Below, piece by piece: positions 55,169 through 64,000 of a DNA stretch of 64,000 nucleotides. The notes beneath the pieces were generated by a model, which searched no databases, had not been told where the DNA came from, and saw only the letters and a program-made list of their open reading frames with translations. Source of the DNA: a virus; IMG/VR virus record IMGVR_UViG_3300042542_003631, positions 5,221-69,220 of that record; one strand, written 5' to 3'. The position numbers were made by a program, and so were the translations under genes. Numbering within the stretch: the first letter of the stretch is position 1; each line of letters begins with the position of its first letter.

Positions 55169-58100
55169 GGCTTGAAGATGACGACCCGGTTGTCGTCGCG
55201 CACGAGCAGGTCGCCGCCGAACCAGGACAGTCCTTTGATCTCGGAAAGTGTCTGCCCTGAACGGGAAGGGATCGAGGCCGTCACGAAGTCAGGCTGGCCA
55301 AGCGCGGCACCCGGCAGGCTGCCAGTGGTCGGCGAGGTGTAGAACAACAGGGCGCGCCGGTTGCTGGCATCAGCGACGACCAGTTGATTCGCCGTGTTGG
55401 CGGACACCCCGACCGGCAGGTCGCACAGGCCTTGGCCGAGTCCGGTGTCAGCGCTCGTCAAGGACGACTGGAACAGGACCCCGGTGGGCACCGCGTCAGC
55501 TGCTGACGGGACGGAGGCATAGACAACCACGCGGTCATGGTTAGTGTCGGCCACATACATCTTGCCGTCCGTGGGGCTCACGCACACTCCGGTAGGAGTG
55601 TAGAACCTCGGGCAGATGGAAGACCCTGCGAGGTAAGTCCGTGCCGTGGGGGCTGTCCCAGTCGTAGCATTCGGCTGCCCGAGCACGAAAGCTGCAGAGG
55701 CTCCGTTCGCGGCGGGGAATGTGGTCCATACCATGACCCGGTGGTTGTCTGGGTCGGCGGCGACAACCACTCCAGTAGAGGTGACATAGAGGGAGGTGAT
55801 GCGCTTGAATTTGGTCAGGCTAATTCCTGAAGTGCTGGTGGTGAACGAAGTTCCCTGCCCAAGCACCAGATCAGCCGGAGTGGCGTTAGACAGTGGGTTA
55901 TTCCAGAGCAGGATGCGGTTGTTGCCTGTGTCTCCGACGAGCAACTTCTGACCATACCACGCCACTGCGATCGGAGAAACCATAGACAGCGAGCTCGTCC
56001 CAACAGACTGCCCGAGGACAAAGTCAGCTGGGGCACCCGTGGCAAGGCTTGCATAGGAGTTCCAGATCATCACTCGGTGGTTTTGCGTGTCAGCGACAGC
56101 CACGCGACCACTCGCACTCACTGCCACAGACCCCCCGTAACTCCCGTAACTCATGGAGTCTGCGTCGCTCCCATCCGCGTCAGAGGTAGTCGATGGTTGT
56201 CCCAAGATCAGCGAGCTTGCCTGGTAATTCTGGAGGCTGCCGGAGTTGTAGCCGTAGCCGGTCAGGTTAATCACGAAGGGGTCCTCATCATGGTCATTGC
56301 TACCAATGTTGATCGTAGCCGTGAGCGGGCCTAGGCTGGTGCCGGGGGTGAAAGTGACGTCAAAGTAAGTCGACTCCCCTCCATCAAGGTAACTTGGCGG
56401 GGTCGTCCCTGAGACAGGGGCCAGGGCAGTCACAAAAAACTTGGCTGCATCCGTGCCGGTGATCGTCACCGGGGTAGCGTCAAATGTGAGGCGGGCGTTG
56501 CCTACGTTTCGGATGGTGAAACGGCGGGCAGCGCTGGACGACCCGGTGAGAATGGACCCGAAGGACACCCCTCCGCCAGTGGTCAGGTTGGTGCCGACCG
56601 GACTTTCAACCTGGATCTCATGCTCAGTGCCACCAGTGCCGGTGATGTTGACGGCGTAGGTTGGTTGGTCAGGGTCGCTGCTGGAGAACGTCAGCACGGC
56701 GGAGCGCAGGTCCGTAGCTGAGGGAGTGAACCCGACAGTGATCGTTCCGGTGCCCCCCGCTGGAATAGATGCGGGGGAGATGGACCCGAAAGAAAAGTCA
56801 GCGGCGTTGGTCCCAGACAGCGCGGCAGACAGGGAGTTTAGCGCCCCAGTCCCGACGTTGCGGATGGTGAATGTGGCCTGCTTGAGTGTCGAGACGGCGG
56901 AGAACCCGAAGTAGTAGCTCCCGCCTGGGGACATGTCAGCCCCGTCGGGGGAGGTCAGGTCGATGCGCCCGACGTCAACCCCTGTGGCGGACAGCGTCAG
57001 CAGATACGGGTTTTCGCCGCCCGTCGGGTCATTGTTGCTGATGGAGATATTGAGCGTGCGGGCTCCGCCAGCGGAGGGGGCGAAGGTGGCGGCAAAGGTA
57101 GCCGAGCCTCCGGCCGGGATGTCAGCCGAGGGAGCGGAGACGAGCTGCCAGGGAGGCTGGGCATCCCCGGGGGTTGGAGTAGATGAGGCTGAAACGACAG
57201 CCGACAACGGGCCGTTGCCTGTGTTGTTGATCGTGAAGGTGAAGGTCGAGTTGCTGCCGGTGTTGACGTTGCCAAGGGAAACCGTGCTGCCGGTGGCCAC
57301 GGGCGTCACGCCATAGTAGACGTCAATCTCGGGCTGGACTGCGGTGCCGGTGACGTTGACGGCGTAGGACGGGATGTTCGCCGCGTTGGAAGTGACCGTC
57401 ATGGTCACATCGACGGCGCCCACAGCTGAATCCGGCAGCAGGCGGAGGTTGACCACAGCAAACTCACCGGGAGCGATCGACGCCGGGAGGGAGCCGACGA
57501 CAGAGTAGAAGGCCTTACGCGGGCCGTCAAAGTCGATGACCAGCCCGGTGAGCGGCAGGAGCCCGGGGTTGCGGATCACGAGTTGCTTCGTGACCCCTCC
57601 CACAGTCTGCGCTTGACCAAAGGCAAAAGTGCCGGTGACCGGCGTCAGCTCGATGTCGTCAGCCGTGCCAGCAACCCCGTCAGCCCCGGGGGTGTAGAGC
57701 GTGATCTCGGGCTGCGGAGGGCACATCACGACAACCGTGTTGGACACGGTGTTGAAGGTGGAGGCTCCGATGGTGCGCGTTGCGGTCAGGCGGACATAGT
57801 AAGGGATGCCACGCGGCACTGGCGTCACCGTGTGGGTGGTGTTACCGAGCACGCTGAACCCATTATAACCAGGTAGAAACCCGGTTCTAAAGGTAGGGTC
57901 AGCTGCGACGTCGAGTTTCAGCGCCGTGGTGCCGGTCAGATTGGCCCACGAAACGCGGAAGGAGGTCGCAAATGTTTCGGCCAAGGTGAGATAGAGATCC
58001 GGGAGTGTGCCTGCGGCAGAAGGGGCGTTGACAATCATCACCCGCTTCATCCACCCACCTTGATGAGGCTGTAGTGTGACTTCCGCCACGACACTGCCGG

Positions 58101-59409
58101 GCCAGCGAACGTGGTTGGTCGCCGGGTAGGCATGCTGGAAATTGGCGGCGAAGAACTCGATGTAGTCGTGCAGGCACTCCGGGACCACGACGTCAAGCAA
58201 GGGGCTGCGGAAGGTGATCGACTTCGGCAGGAGCGTGGTCGGCTCCTCCAGATAAGGGCTCGTCTCCGCGTCACTGTCCCAGGACGTATCGCCGCCGACA
58301 ACAGGGAGCTTAGAGGTCCACGTCTCGATGATGGTGGCGAGGCAAGGGCCAGAGTAAGCATCCGCAGCGAAGACGGGAGCAGTGATATACCCCGTGATCG
58401 CGGAGTAGACAGTCGTGTTATCAGCATAGACCGGGGTGATCTTGATGTAGTCGAGCACGGCAGGCCAGGCCCAGTTCGTCACGATCTGGAAAGTCCTGGA
58501 AGCCTTGCCCTTGACCGCAGAGCCGGCGAGCCCGGCAGCCTGCTTGGTAGTCTTGATCGACCAAAGCGAGTTGACGGGCTGCAACTCGATGATCGTGCCG
58601 TCCGGCTGGATGCCGGACGGAATGGAAGACCCGGCCGGGACCTTGGCGCGGCGGTAGGGCGTGGTGTCGTTGATGTCAGCGTCAAACTCGCGGCCAATCA
58701 ACTCGTTCTCGACGTAGCTGACCACGGTCGCAGGGAACGTGCCGGTGGCAAAGGCTTGGGCCGCAGTGACCACCGTGCTCGGGGGAGTGGCGGCGGTGAC
58801 CCGCGTGCCGGGGGCCGGGAATGCGGCAGGGCACTCGATGTAGCGGCCCACGCTGGCGAGGGTGGTGGAGATGGTCCCACCGGCGACGCCGTCAACCGTT
58901 GCGATGTCGCCCGTGCCCACGACCTGGCGGACGTAGAGCTTCTCGCGTGACACCACCACGGTGACGAACAGCGAGGCGAGCACCTCGTCATTGATCGGGC
59001 GCTCCTCCAGCCCGGTCACAGCCCACTCCAGCGGGTAGGGGAAATAATCCAGGGGAGGCATCTGGTAGGTTGACGTGACCGAGAAATCGGCACGGCGGAG
59101 CACGAAGGTCTGCGTCAGCTGCGGCCACTCGGAGGTGTCGCTCACCTGCCAGTTGTAGAGGTGCTGGTTCTCCCGGGCGGCGGCATAATACCAGCGCTGC
59201 CAGGCAGAGCTGCCTTCGCTCGTCACAAAGACGAGTTCGTGGTGCGGGTAGTTGGCGCTGTCAGGGTGGGGGTCGCCGTAGCTCCACTCCTTGTTCTTCG
59301 GCAGGGACCCGTCCCTGATCTCATAGAACAGCAGGTCGGCCTGACCCTCCGGCGTGGGGAAGGAAAGAACAGGGACGCGCTCAGGGATGTCAGGCTTCGG
59401 GCGGATCAT
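55165..59409 (-). CDS. Tail/adhesin protein with FN3-like, about 4 Ig-like (ASH/choice-of-anchor-D type) domains and an NHL beta-propeller
   Basis: Repeated PEI...FG...FTIRNxGxxxL...FxP...SND; VADTxNHRV...A..VLGQ repeats. Confidence 0.75.
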   Translation of the reverse strand: MIRPKPDIPERVPVLSFPTPEGQADLLFYEIRDGSLPKNKEWSYGDPHPDSANYPHHELVFVTSEGSSAWQRWYYAAARENQHLYNWQVSDTSEWPQLTQTFVLRRADFSVTSTYQMPPLDYFPYPLEWAVTGLEERPINDEVLASLFVTVVVSREKLYVRQVVGTGDIATVDGVAGGTISTTLASVGRYIECPAAFPAPGTRVTAATPPSTVVTAAQAFATGTFPATVVSYVENELIGREFDADINDTTPYRRAKVPAGSSIPSGIQPDGTIIELQPVNSLWSIKTTKQAAGLAGSAVKGKASRTFQIVTNWAWPAVLDYIKITPVYADNTTVYSAITGYITAPVFAADAYSGPCLATIIETWTSKLPVVGGDTSWDSDAETSPYLEEPTTLLPKSITFRSPLLDVVVPECLHDYIEFFAANFQHAYPATNHVRWPGSVVAEVTLQPHQGGWMKRVMIVNAPSAAGTLPDLYLTLAETFATSFRVSWANLTGTTALKLDVAADPTFRTGFLPGYNGFSVLGNTTHTVTPVPRGIPYYVRLTATRTIGASTFNTVSNTVVVMCPPQPEITLYTPGADGVAGTADDIELTPVTGTFAFGQAQTVGGVTKQLVIRNPGLLPLTGLVIDFDGPRKAFYSVVGSLPASIAPGEFAVVNLRLLPDSAVGAVDVTMTVTSNAANIPSYAVNVTGTAVQPEIDVYYGVTPVATGSTVSLGNVNTGSNSTFTFTINNTGNGPLSAVVSASSTPTPGDAQPPWQLVSAPSADIPAGGSATFAATFAPSAGGARTLNISISNNDPTGGENPYLLTLSATGVDVGRIDLTSPDGADMSPGGSYYFGFSAVSTLKQATFTIRNVGTGALNSLSAALSGTNAADFSFGSISPASIPAGGTGTITVGFTPSATDLRSAVLTFSSSDPDQPTYAVNITGTGGTEHEIQVESPVGTNLTTGGGVSFGSILTGSSSAARRFTIRNVGNARLTFDATPVTITGTDAAKFFVTALAPVSGTTPPSYLDGGESTYFDVTFTPGTSLGPLTATINIGSNDHDEDPFVINLTGYGYNSGSLQNYQASSLILGQPSTTSDADGSDADSMSYGSYGGSVAVSASGRVAVADTQNHRVMIWNSYASLATGAPADFVLGQSVGTSSLSMVSPIAVAWYGQKLLVGDTGNNRILLWNNPLSNATPADLVLGQGTSFTTSTSGISLTKFKRITSLYVTSTGVVVAADPDNHRVMVWTTFPAANGASAAFVLGQPNATTGTAPTARTYLAGSSICPRFYTPTGVCVSPTDGKMYVADTNHDRVVVYASVPSAADAVPTGVLFQSSLTSADTGLGQGLCDLPVGVSANTANQLVVADASNRRALLFYTSPTTGSLPGAALGQPDFVTASIPSRSGQTLSEIKGLSWFGGDLLVRDDNRVVIFKP

Positions 59410-59440
59410 GTCGTCAACCTAACCGCCGTCTCCAGCGGCG

Positions 59441-59770
59441 TCAATACTTGCCCTTGCCACGAGGCGGGGTCTTCCGATCGCCGCCAGGGCCGGCCCAAAG
59501 TTCACGGCGAGCCCAGTAGTTGGGACTCGTCTTGTCATCCTTGGTGAGGTCGCCACTCTTGTCCCGGATCTTTGCGGACCGGGCGAGATAACTCTTGCGG
59601 GCGGCCTCAGAATAATTGTGGCCGTAGCCTTCGGCGCCGAAGTGGACGACGCGAATCTTGCCGGAATCAGGGTCGCGCACGAAGACGCTCTTCTTCTTAC
59701 CCTCCGGGGTGATGCCGGGCATCTTCCGAGGGGAGTCGAGGGTGACTTCTTTGCCTTTCCAGGTAGCCAT
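59441..59770 (-). CDS. Small basic phage protein
   Basis: VHFGAEGY...ARKSYLAR...SPNYWARRELW. Confidence 0.65.
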   Translation of the reverse strand: MATWKGKEVTLDSPRKMPGITPEGKKKSVFVRDPDSGKIRVVHFGAEGYGHNYSEAARKSYLARSAKIRDKSGDLTKDDKTSPNYWARRELWAGPGGDRKTPPRGKGKY

Positions 59771-59773
59771 AGG

Positions 59774-60337
59774 TCAAGCGAGTGTGTTCGCGAACTTGGT
59801 AGTCGCGTCCCAGCGAGAAACAAGTCCTTTCCAAAACTTCGCCCGCTTGCCGACAGGAGGGGCAACCTTGAGCTCGTAGGCCTCACGGGCTTCCCGGAAG
59901 CGGAGCAGGAAAGCGCGGGGCTCCCGTTCGGCTCGTTGCAGGGCTGCGAGCGTCAAGGGACCGACCTTGCCGTCAACCTCCACATTCAGGGTCATCTGCA
60001 GGATGCGGGCGCATCCGGTAGTCCCCCGGTTGAAGGCGGTATCCCGCAGGGCGGCTTCGGCGGAAGGCGACCTGGCCCAATTACCTGCTTCGTCAGTGAC
60101 CTTGAGGATGTGCTCGATCGCCTCCTGCTCAGCCTGCCGGAATTTCTTGCGCTCAATGAGTTCGCGAAGGCGCGCAGCCGCGGCCGGGTGGTAGCGGTCG
60201 TTGATCCCCGCCACCTCATAGGTTCCCCCGCCGTCGCCGGCGGGCAGCTTGTAGACTCCTAGGCGGCCGTTGCGGTCGCGGCGGGCTTCGACGTCAAGGA
60301 TGTGGGTGCCGATGGCGATCTCGTGTGGGGGTCTCAT
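59774..60337 (-). CDS. Endolysin (GH108-like lysozyme with peptidoglycan-binding domain)
   Basis: DGGGTYEVAGI, D.AFNRG, LQ...VDGKVGPLTL, F.KG..SR. Confidence 0.8.
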   Translation of the reverse strand: MRPPHEIAIGTHILDVEARRDRNGRLGVYKLPAGDGGGTYEVAGINDRYHPAAAARLRELIERKKFRQAEQEAIEHILKVTDEAGNWARSPSAEAALRDTAFNRGTTGCARILQMTLNVEVDGKVGPLTLAALQRAEREPRAFLLRFREAREAYELKVAPPVGKRAKFWKGLVSRWDATTKFANTLA

Positions 60338-60576
60338 AGGGTTTGACGGAAGTTCTGCTTCCAGAGGAACCGAGCTAGGTGGGTAGCCTCCTTGGTGACA
60401 AACTCCTCCGTCCAGTGGGGGAACCGGTGGTGGAGGAACTCGTGGACAAGGACTTCCAGGCGTTGCTGAGGGGGCAGCCGCGGGTCGATTTCGATGACCT
60501 TATCGTCAGGCCAGTAGAGCCCCCGGGCGCGGTGGCGTCCCAGCTTGCGTTCAGTGACTGGCACGGACCTGCTCAC
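60334..60576 (-). CDS. Minimal zincin-like protein
   Basis: GLY...IEID...LVHEFLH...E. Confidence 0.65.
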   Translation of the reverse strand: MSRSVPVTERKLGRHRARGLYWPDDKVIEIDPRLPPQQRLEVLVHEFLHHRFPHWTEEFVTKEATHLARFLWKQNFRQTL

Positions 60577-60803
60577 TGGAGGAGGGCGCGAAGGCGGTTG
60601 CGGTCAGCGAGGATCTCCAGGTGGTCCTGGAGGTTAACCCACGTCTCATCGGCTGCCGGGACGTAGGCCTGCCCCGCCTTGAGGTGCAGCCTGGGAGGGG
60701 CTGACGACGGCATAGAGGCGGGAGAGGCGGCCATGCCGCATTTCGAGCTGCAGCAGCCGGGCACGGTCAGGAGAAGCAGCAGCGTTGAGGCGAAGAATCT
60801 CAT
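60573..60803 (-). CDS. o-spanin (Rz1-like) lipoprotein
   Basis: MRFFASTLLLLLTVPGC lipobox; overlaps the i-spanin candidate. Confidence 0.6.
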   Translation of the reverse strand: MRFFASTLLLLLTVPGCCSSKCGMAASPASMPSSAPPRLHLKAGQAYVPAADETWVNLQDHLEILADRNRLRALLQ

Positions 60804-60921
60804 CGTCGATATTGTTGAGGTCGATGGCGAGCTTCCAAGCAAGCCAGATGGGGAATGCCCGCACAGCCTCAGCGGCGGCGAGCATCAGTGTCACGAGGGA
60901 GGATGTGAGCCCAACAGCCAT
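60646..60921 (-). CDS. i-spanin (Rz-like)
   Basis: N-terminal hydrophobic segment followed by a helix; overlapped by the lipoprotein ORF. Confidence 0.5.
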   Translation of the reverse strand: MAVGLTSSLVTLMLAAAEAVRAFPIWLAWKLAIDLNNIDDEILRLNAAASPDRARLLQLEMRHGRLSRLYAVVSPSQAAPQGGAGLRPGSR

Positions 60922-61091
60922 TACTTGGCGTCAGCGGCTTTGATGAGGCCGTAACCACCCATGACGAGGGCCATGACTTCGCCGATGTCGCCGACGGTGC
61001 CGGTCTTGAGGAAGTTGACGGCGGCGTTGGAGACGGCGGCGATGATGGTGAAGATCCCGATGATGGTGGTTTTGGAGGGTTTCGTTGGCAT
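60921..61091 (-). CDS. Holin-like 2-TM peptide
   Basis: Hand-translated MPTKPSKTTIIGIFTIIAAV...LVMGGYGLIKAADAK. Confidence 0.6.
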   Translation of the reverse strand: MPTKPSKTTIIGIFTIIAAVSNAAVNFLKTGTVGDIGEVMALVMGGYGLIKAADAK

Positions 61092-61108
61092 AGCGTCAAA
61101 GTCTGACC

Positions 61109-61324
61109 TTACGGGTCCATGTTGTCAACGGCCTTCTTGGCCCGGATGGCCAACACCAACTTCCACGCGGTCAGGAACCCGACGAGGTTACCTGCGATCA
61201 GGGAGCTGACGCGCAGCCACTGTTCAATATCCTGCATGGAAATGAGGAAGGCAAAGAGGTTGAAGGTGCCCCCGATGACTGCGGTCAGCGTGGTCTGCAG
61301 GTAGTCGTGGGCGTGGTGTGTCAT
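61109..61324 (-). CDS. Holin-like membrane protein
   Basis: Two hydrophobic segments, basic C-terminus. Confidence 0.5.
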   Translation of the reverse strand: MTHHAHDYLQTTLTAVIGGTFNLFAFLISMQDIEQWLRVSSLIAGNLVGFLTAWKLVLAIRAKKAVDNMDP

Positions 61325-61671
61325 ACGGGGAAGAGGGCAAGGATTGAGCTCTTGGCATCCTCAAGCTCGGTTGGAACCTGGGTGTCCTGCACAAGCTGAC
61401 GGGCGATGTCAAGGCGCCCACGATCGAGCGCCTGCTCCACAGCGATCCGCGTGGGCCACAGGCTGGCCTGAACAGCGACTGGAAGGGCGTCAAGGATGGA
61501 GGCCATGTGAGCTCGGCGCTGTGCGACCTCATCCCTGGGGACTGAGCGGTGGGTGAGCCCGGCGGCCAGGGCTTCACTCTCCAGCATGGTCCCAGGAGCC
61601 AGAGGCTCGTCGTCCTCGGCCAGCGAGACATTGACGATCAGGTTCTCTTCGATGTGGGCGATGCGTTTCAT
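61321..61671 (-). CDS. Putative tail-fibre-associated protein
   Basis: 116 aa directly after the fibre gene. Confidence 0.5.
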   Translation of the reverse strand: MKRIAHIEENLIVNVSLAEDDEPLAPGTMLESEALAAGLTHRSVPRDEVAQRRAHMASILDALPVAVQASLWPTRIAVEQALDRGRLDIARQLVQDTQVPTELEDAKSSILALFPV

Positions 61672-61676
61672 GGTGG

Positions 61677-63890
61677 TCAGTAAGTGATGACGAGAATATA
61701 CCCAGGAGCTCCATCCCCGCCTGCGCCGGAGTTCCCGACAGCTGATGTGCCGGCACCGCCACCACCGCCGCCGGAGCCGAAGCCTCCGCCGTTGCCGCCG
61801 TTGCCCCCCGCCCCAGCGCTCGATGTCCCACCACCTCCGCCGCCGGTCCCTGAACCACGGCCAGCAAGTCCGTTGCCGCCGTTGCCGCCGCCAGTAGCTC
61901 CCGCAGCGCCGCCGTTGATTAGGGTCGTCGAACCAGCGGTCCCCATGTTACCGCCGGCACCCCCGGCTCGATTGGTATTGGATGCGTCAAGTCCGCCACC
62001 GCCACCTCCTCCGGTGGGGGCGTGAAATAGCACCGCTGCGGCTGCCACTCCAGCTACTCCGCTCGCTCCGGCAGCGCCCCCGGCTGCCGAGGAGGCATAG
62101 TCAACACCGATGACAGAGGCGTTGGCAGTAAGTGCGCCCGCTGTGCCTGTTGTAGTCGTCCCGCCGAAGCCATAGCTGCCGCCCACTGCGGTGGTCCCAG
62201 CAAAAATAGAGTTGCCACCATCGAGGCCTTGATTGCCATTGGTCGCATCTGTAGCTTGACTTGCCCCGCCAGTCCCGCCTGCGCCGACTGTGACTGACTC
62301 AGTAGACCCTAGTTCGGTAGTAAGCGCCCAAAACTCGATTACAGCAGCGCCGCCACCACCGCCTCCGCCAGTGCGGATGGTCCCCGCATTGCCTTTACGT
62401 CCTGACCCGCCGCCCCCACCGCCGCCTACAAGCCGAACGAATACACGACGAGGAGTGCTGGGGCTTGGGTTGGTCCAGGTGCTATTAGCGGTGTAATAGC
62501 GCACATCCGGGGCAGGCCCGCCATAGAGCAGACCGCCGGCGGAGTCGATGCCGCTGACATACTGGCCGGCCGTGCCGGTGTTCCGCTTGACTCCCCCAAG
62601 GACCGTCGTGGTAGGCGCTGGCAGGCGAGCCCCGCCAAGGGTGCCGCTGTTAAGGTCGCTGGCAGAGCGAGTAGCTAGGTCTGCAAGACTCGACCCGACC
62701 TTGGACACAAATTCCCAGGCAAACGAGCTTGTAGTCGCCCAAGTGTCCCCGTTAAAGGTAGCCACACCGAAGCCCGCTTCCTGCCCGGGCAAGACCATGT
62801 CATCCATGCGGAGGGGGGTCAACTTGTCATACGCGGCCGCTCCTGGGGTGATGATGTTGGCAGTGCCAGCCGTCCCGGTGAAGGAGGAAGTGACTCCAAG
62901 GGGTTGAGTCACATTCACCGCCCCAGAGACAGCGTCGTAAAAAAAAGTCAGCCCCGTGGTCCCGGAGGTAGTTTGACCCACCACATAAACCGCGTAAGCC
63001 CAGTCATTAGGCGTGTCTGAAGAGCTAACAGCAACCTCCGCCAACATGCCGGTGCCCGGGGCGCTGGGGGATCCGCCGCTGGCGTCAACATTGAACCAGA
63101 GCCGTAGGACAGCAGTAGCTGAGTAGGGGATGTCGATGTAGTCTCCGCTGGTCACGCCGCCGAAGGACAACGCAGTCACCTGCTGGACCCCGGGGACTTC
63201 AATCGACACCTGGACCGCACGCCTGGCGGCGAGAGCTGACGGCTGGGTGAGCAGGCTACGCCCGAATGCCGTGGTCGTCAGCGCGGCGATGGAGATCAAA
63301 TCGTCGTCCTTGGGCTGGTAGCCAGCGATGGCCGCCGCCTGGGTGAGATAAGTTGACGCAGCCGCCGAAAGGGCCAGGTAAGTTGACGACGCCGTGGCGC
63401 TCGTGAGGTAGGTTGAGGCGGCGGAGGAGCTCGTGAGGTAGGTTGACGCAGCCGCCGCTTGGGTGAGGTAGGTGGACGTGGCAGCAGAGAGCGTGAGATA
63501 GGTTGACGACGCCGCGGTGCTCGTGAGGTAAGTTGACGCCGCTGCGGATTGGGTCAGGTAAGTCGAAGTAGCTGAAGCCTGCGTCAGGTAGGTTGACGCA
63601 GCGGCTGCGGATGTCAGCCCGTCAGTGATCCCGAACCCCGACAGCGTGGTAGGTTTGCCCGTAATGTTGGTCCAAGGGACCAGGGACGCGGAGTCAAACC
63701 CTGTGGCGGTGCCCTGGTTGATGATGCTCGCCCCGGGAGCCACGGTGATCGACGCCCCAGACGGGACGATGAAGCTCTCCGTCAAGGTGTTGGCACCGAC
63801 ATTCTTGAGCACGGTTTTGGTCTGCGCAAAAGCTGAGCAAACCATGAGGGCCGCCAGGCAGAGCAGCTTCAGGTAGGGAGGGGGTTTCAT
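61677..63890 (-). CDS. Tail-fibre-like protein with Gly-rich C-terminal domain
   Basis: WTNITGKPTTLSGFGITD fibre motif, 10-aa AAASTYLT repeats, GGGGGG domain. Confidence 0.75.
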   Translation of the reverse strand: MKPPPYLKLLCLAALMVCSAFAQTKTVLKNVGANTLTESFIVPSGASITVAPGASIINQGTATGFDSASLVPWTNITGKPTTLSGFGITDGLTSAAAASTYLTQASATSTYLTQSAAASTYLTSTAASSTYLTLSAATSTYLTQAAAASTYLTSSSAASTYLTSATASSTYLALSAAASTYLTQAAAIAGYQPKDDDLISIAALTTTAFGRSLLTQPSALAARRAVQVSIEVPGVQQVTALSFGGVTSGDYIDIPYSATAVLRLWFNVDASGGSPSAPGTGMLAEVAVSSSDTPNDWAYAVYVVGQTTSGTTGLTFFYDAVSGAVNVTQPLGVTSSFTGTAGTANIITPGAAAYDKLTPLRMDDMVLPGQEAGFGVATFNGDTWATTSSFAWEFVSKVGSSLADLATRSASDLNSGTLGGARLPAPTTTVLGGVKRNTGTAGQYVSGIDSAGGLLYGGPAPDVRYYTANSTWTNPSPSTPRRVFVRLVGGGGGGGSGRKGNAGTIRTGGGGGGGAAVIEFWALTTELGSTESVTVGAGGTGGASQATDATNGNQGLDGGNSIFAGTTAVGGSYGFGGTTTTGTAGALTANASVIGVDYASSAAGGAAGASGVAGVAAAAVLFHAPTGGGGGGGLDASNTNRAGGAGGNMGTAGSTTLINGGAAGATGGGNGGNGLAGRGSGTGGGGGGTSSAGAGGNGGNGGGFGSGGGGGGAGTSAVGNSGAGGDGAPGYILVITY
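63330..63610. repeat. Degenerate 30-bp tandem repeat (about 8-9 copies)
   Basis: Encodes xAAASTYLTx. Confidence 0.85.
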
Positions 63891-63894
63891 GGGA

Positions 63895-63999
63895 TTAGAG
63901 AACTCGCTTCCAGACGCGCTGGTTGGAGGTGGCGTGGTAGTCATCCGGGCGGACCACACCGGCGGAGGGGTTCTCCGCATCTGTGCCTGTGAACAGCCT
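63895..63999 (-). CDS. Partial C-terminus of an upstream tail protein
   Basis: RLFTGTDAENPSAGVVRPDDYHATSNQRVWKRVL*. Confidence 0.55.
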   Translation of the reverse strand, partial: RLFTGTDAENPSAGVVRPDDYHATSNQRVWKRVL

Positions 64000-64000
64000 C

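Overview
This is about 64 kb of a high-GC tailed dsDNA phage genome with podovirus-like architecture. Both window edges cut through genes, and no capsid gene is visible. The order is: (-) scaffold, portal, glycosyltransferase-like gene and terminase large subunit (1-7348); (+) replication/recombination block with tyrosine recombinase, RuvC, helicase fused to a Cas4-like nuclease, SSB-like protein, DUF5664-like protein, PolA, primase-helicase and HNH (7385-17753); a non-coding ori-like and hairpin-dense control region (17754-19060); (+) a long array of small early/accessory genes including a MoxR-AAA/zincin/vWA triad, UvsE, tRNA-Met, an Acb2/Tad1-like protein and probable TerS (19063-36948); (-) virion and lysis genes including a ~4255-aa polyvalent ejection-type protein (37079-64000). 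Genes lack Shine-Dalgarno sites and use A/C-rich leaders; a Verrucomicrobia-like host is a guess. The most striking unexplained signals are (1) 12 copies of a ~21-bp covarying palindrome at early-gene boundaries, often paired with C-GAA-G mini-hairpins, (2) a dense triloop-hairpin cluster at the head of the early region, and (3) a small gene nested in another frame inside the giant virion gene. All family calls come from motifs recognised by eye; no database search was run.
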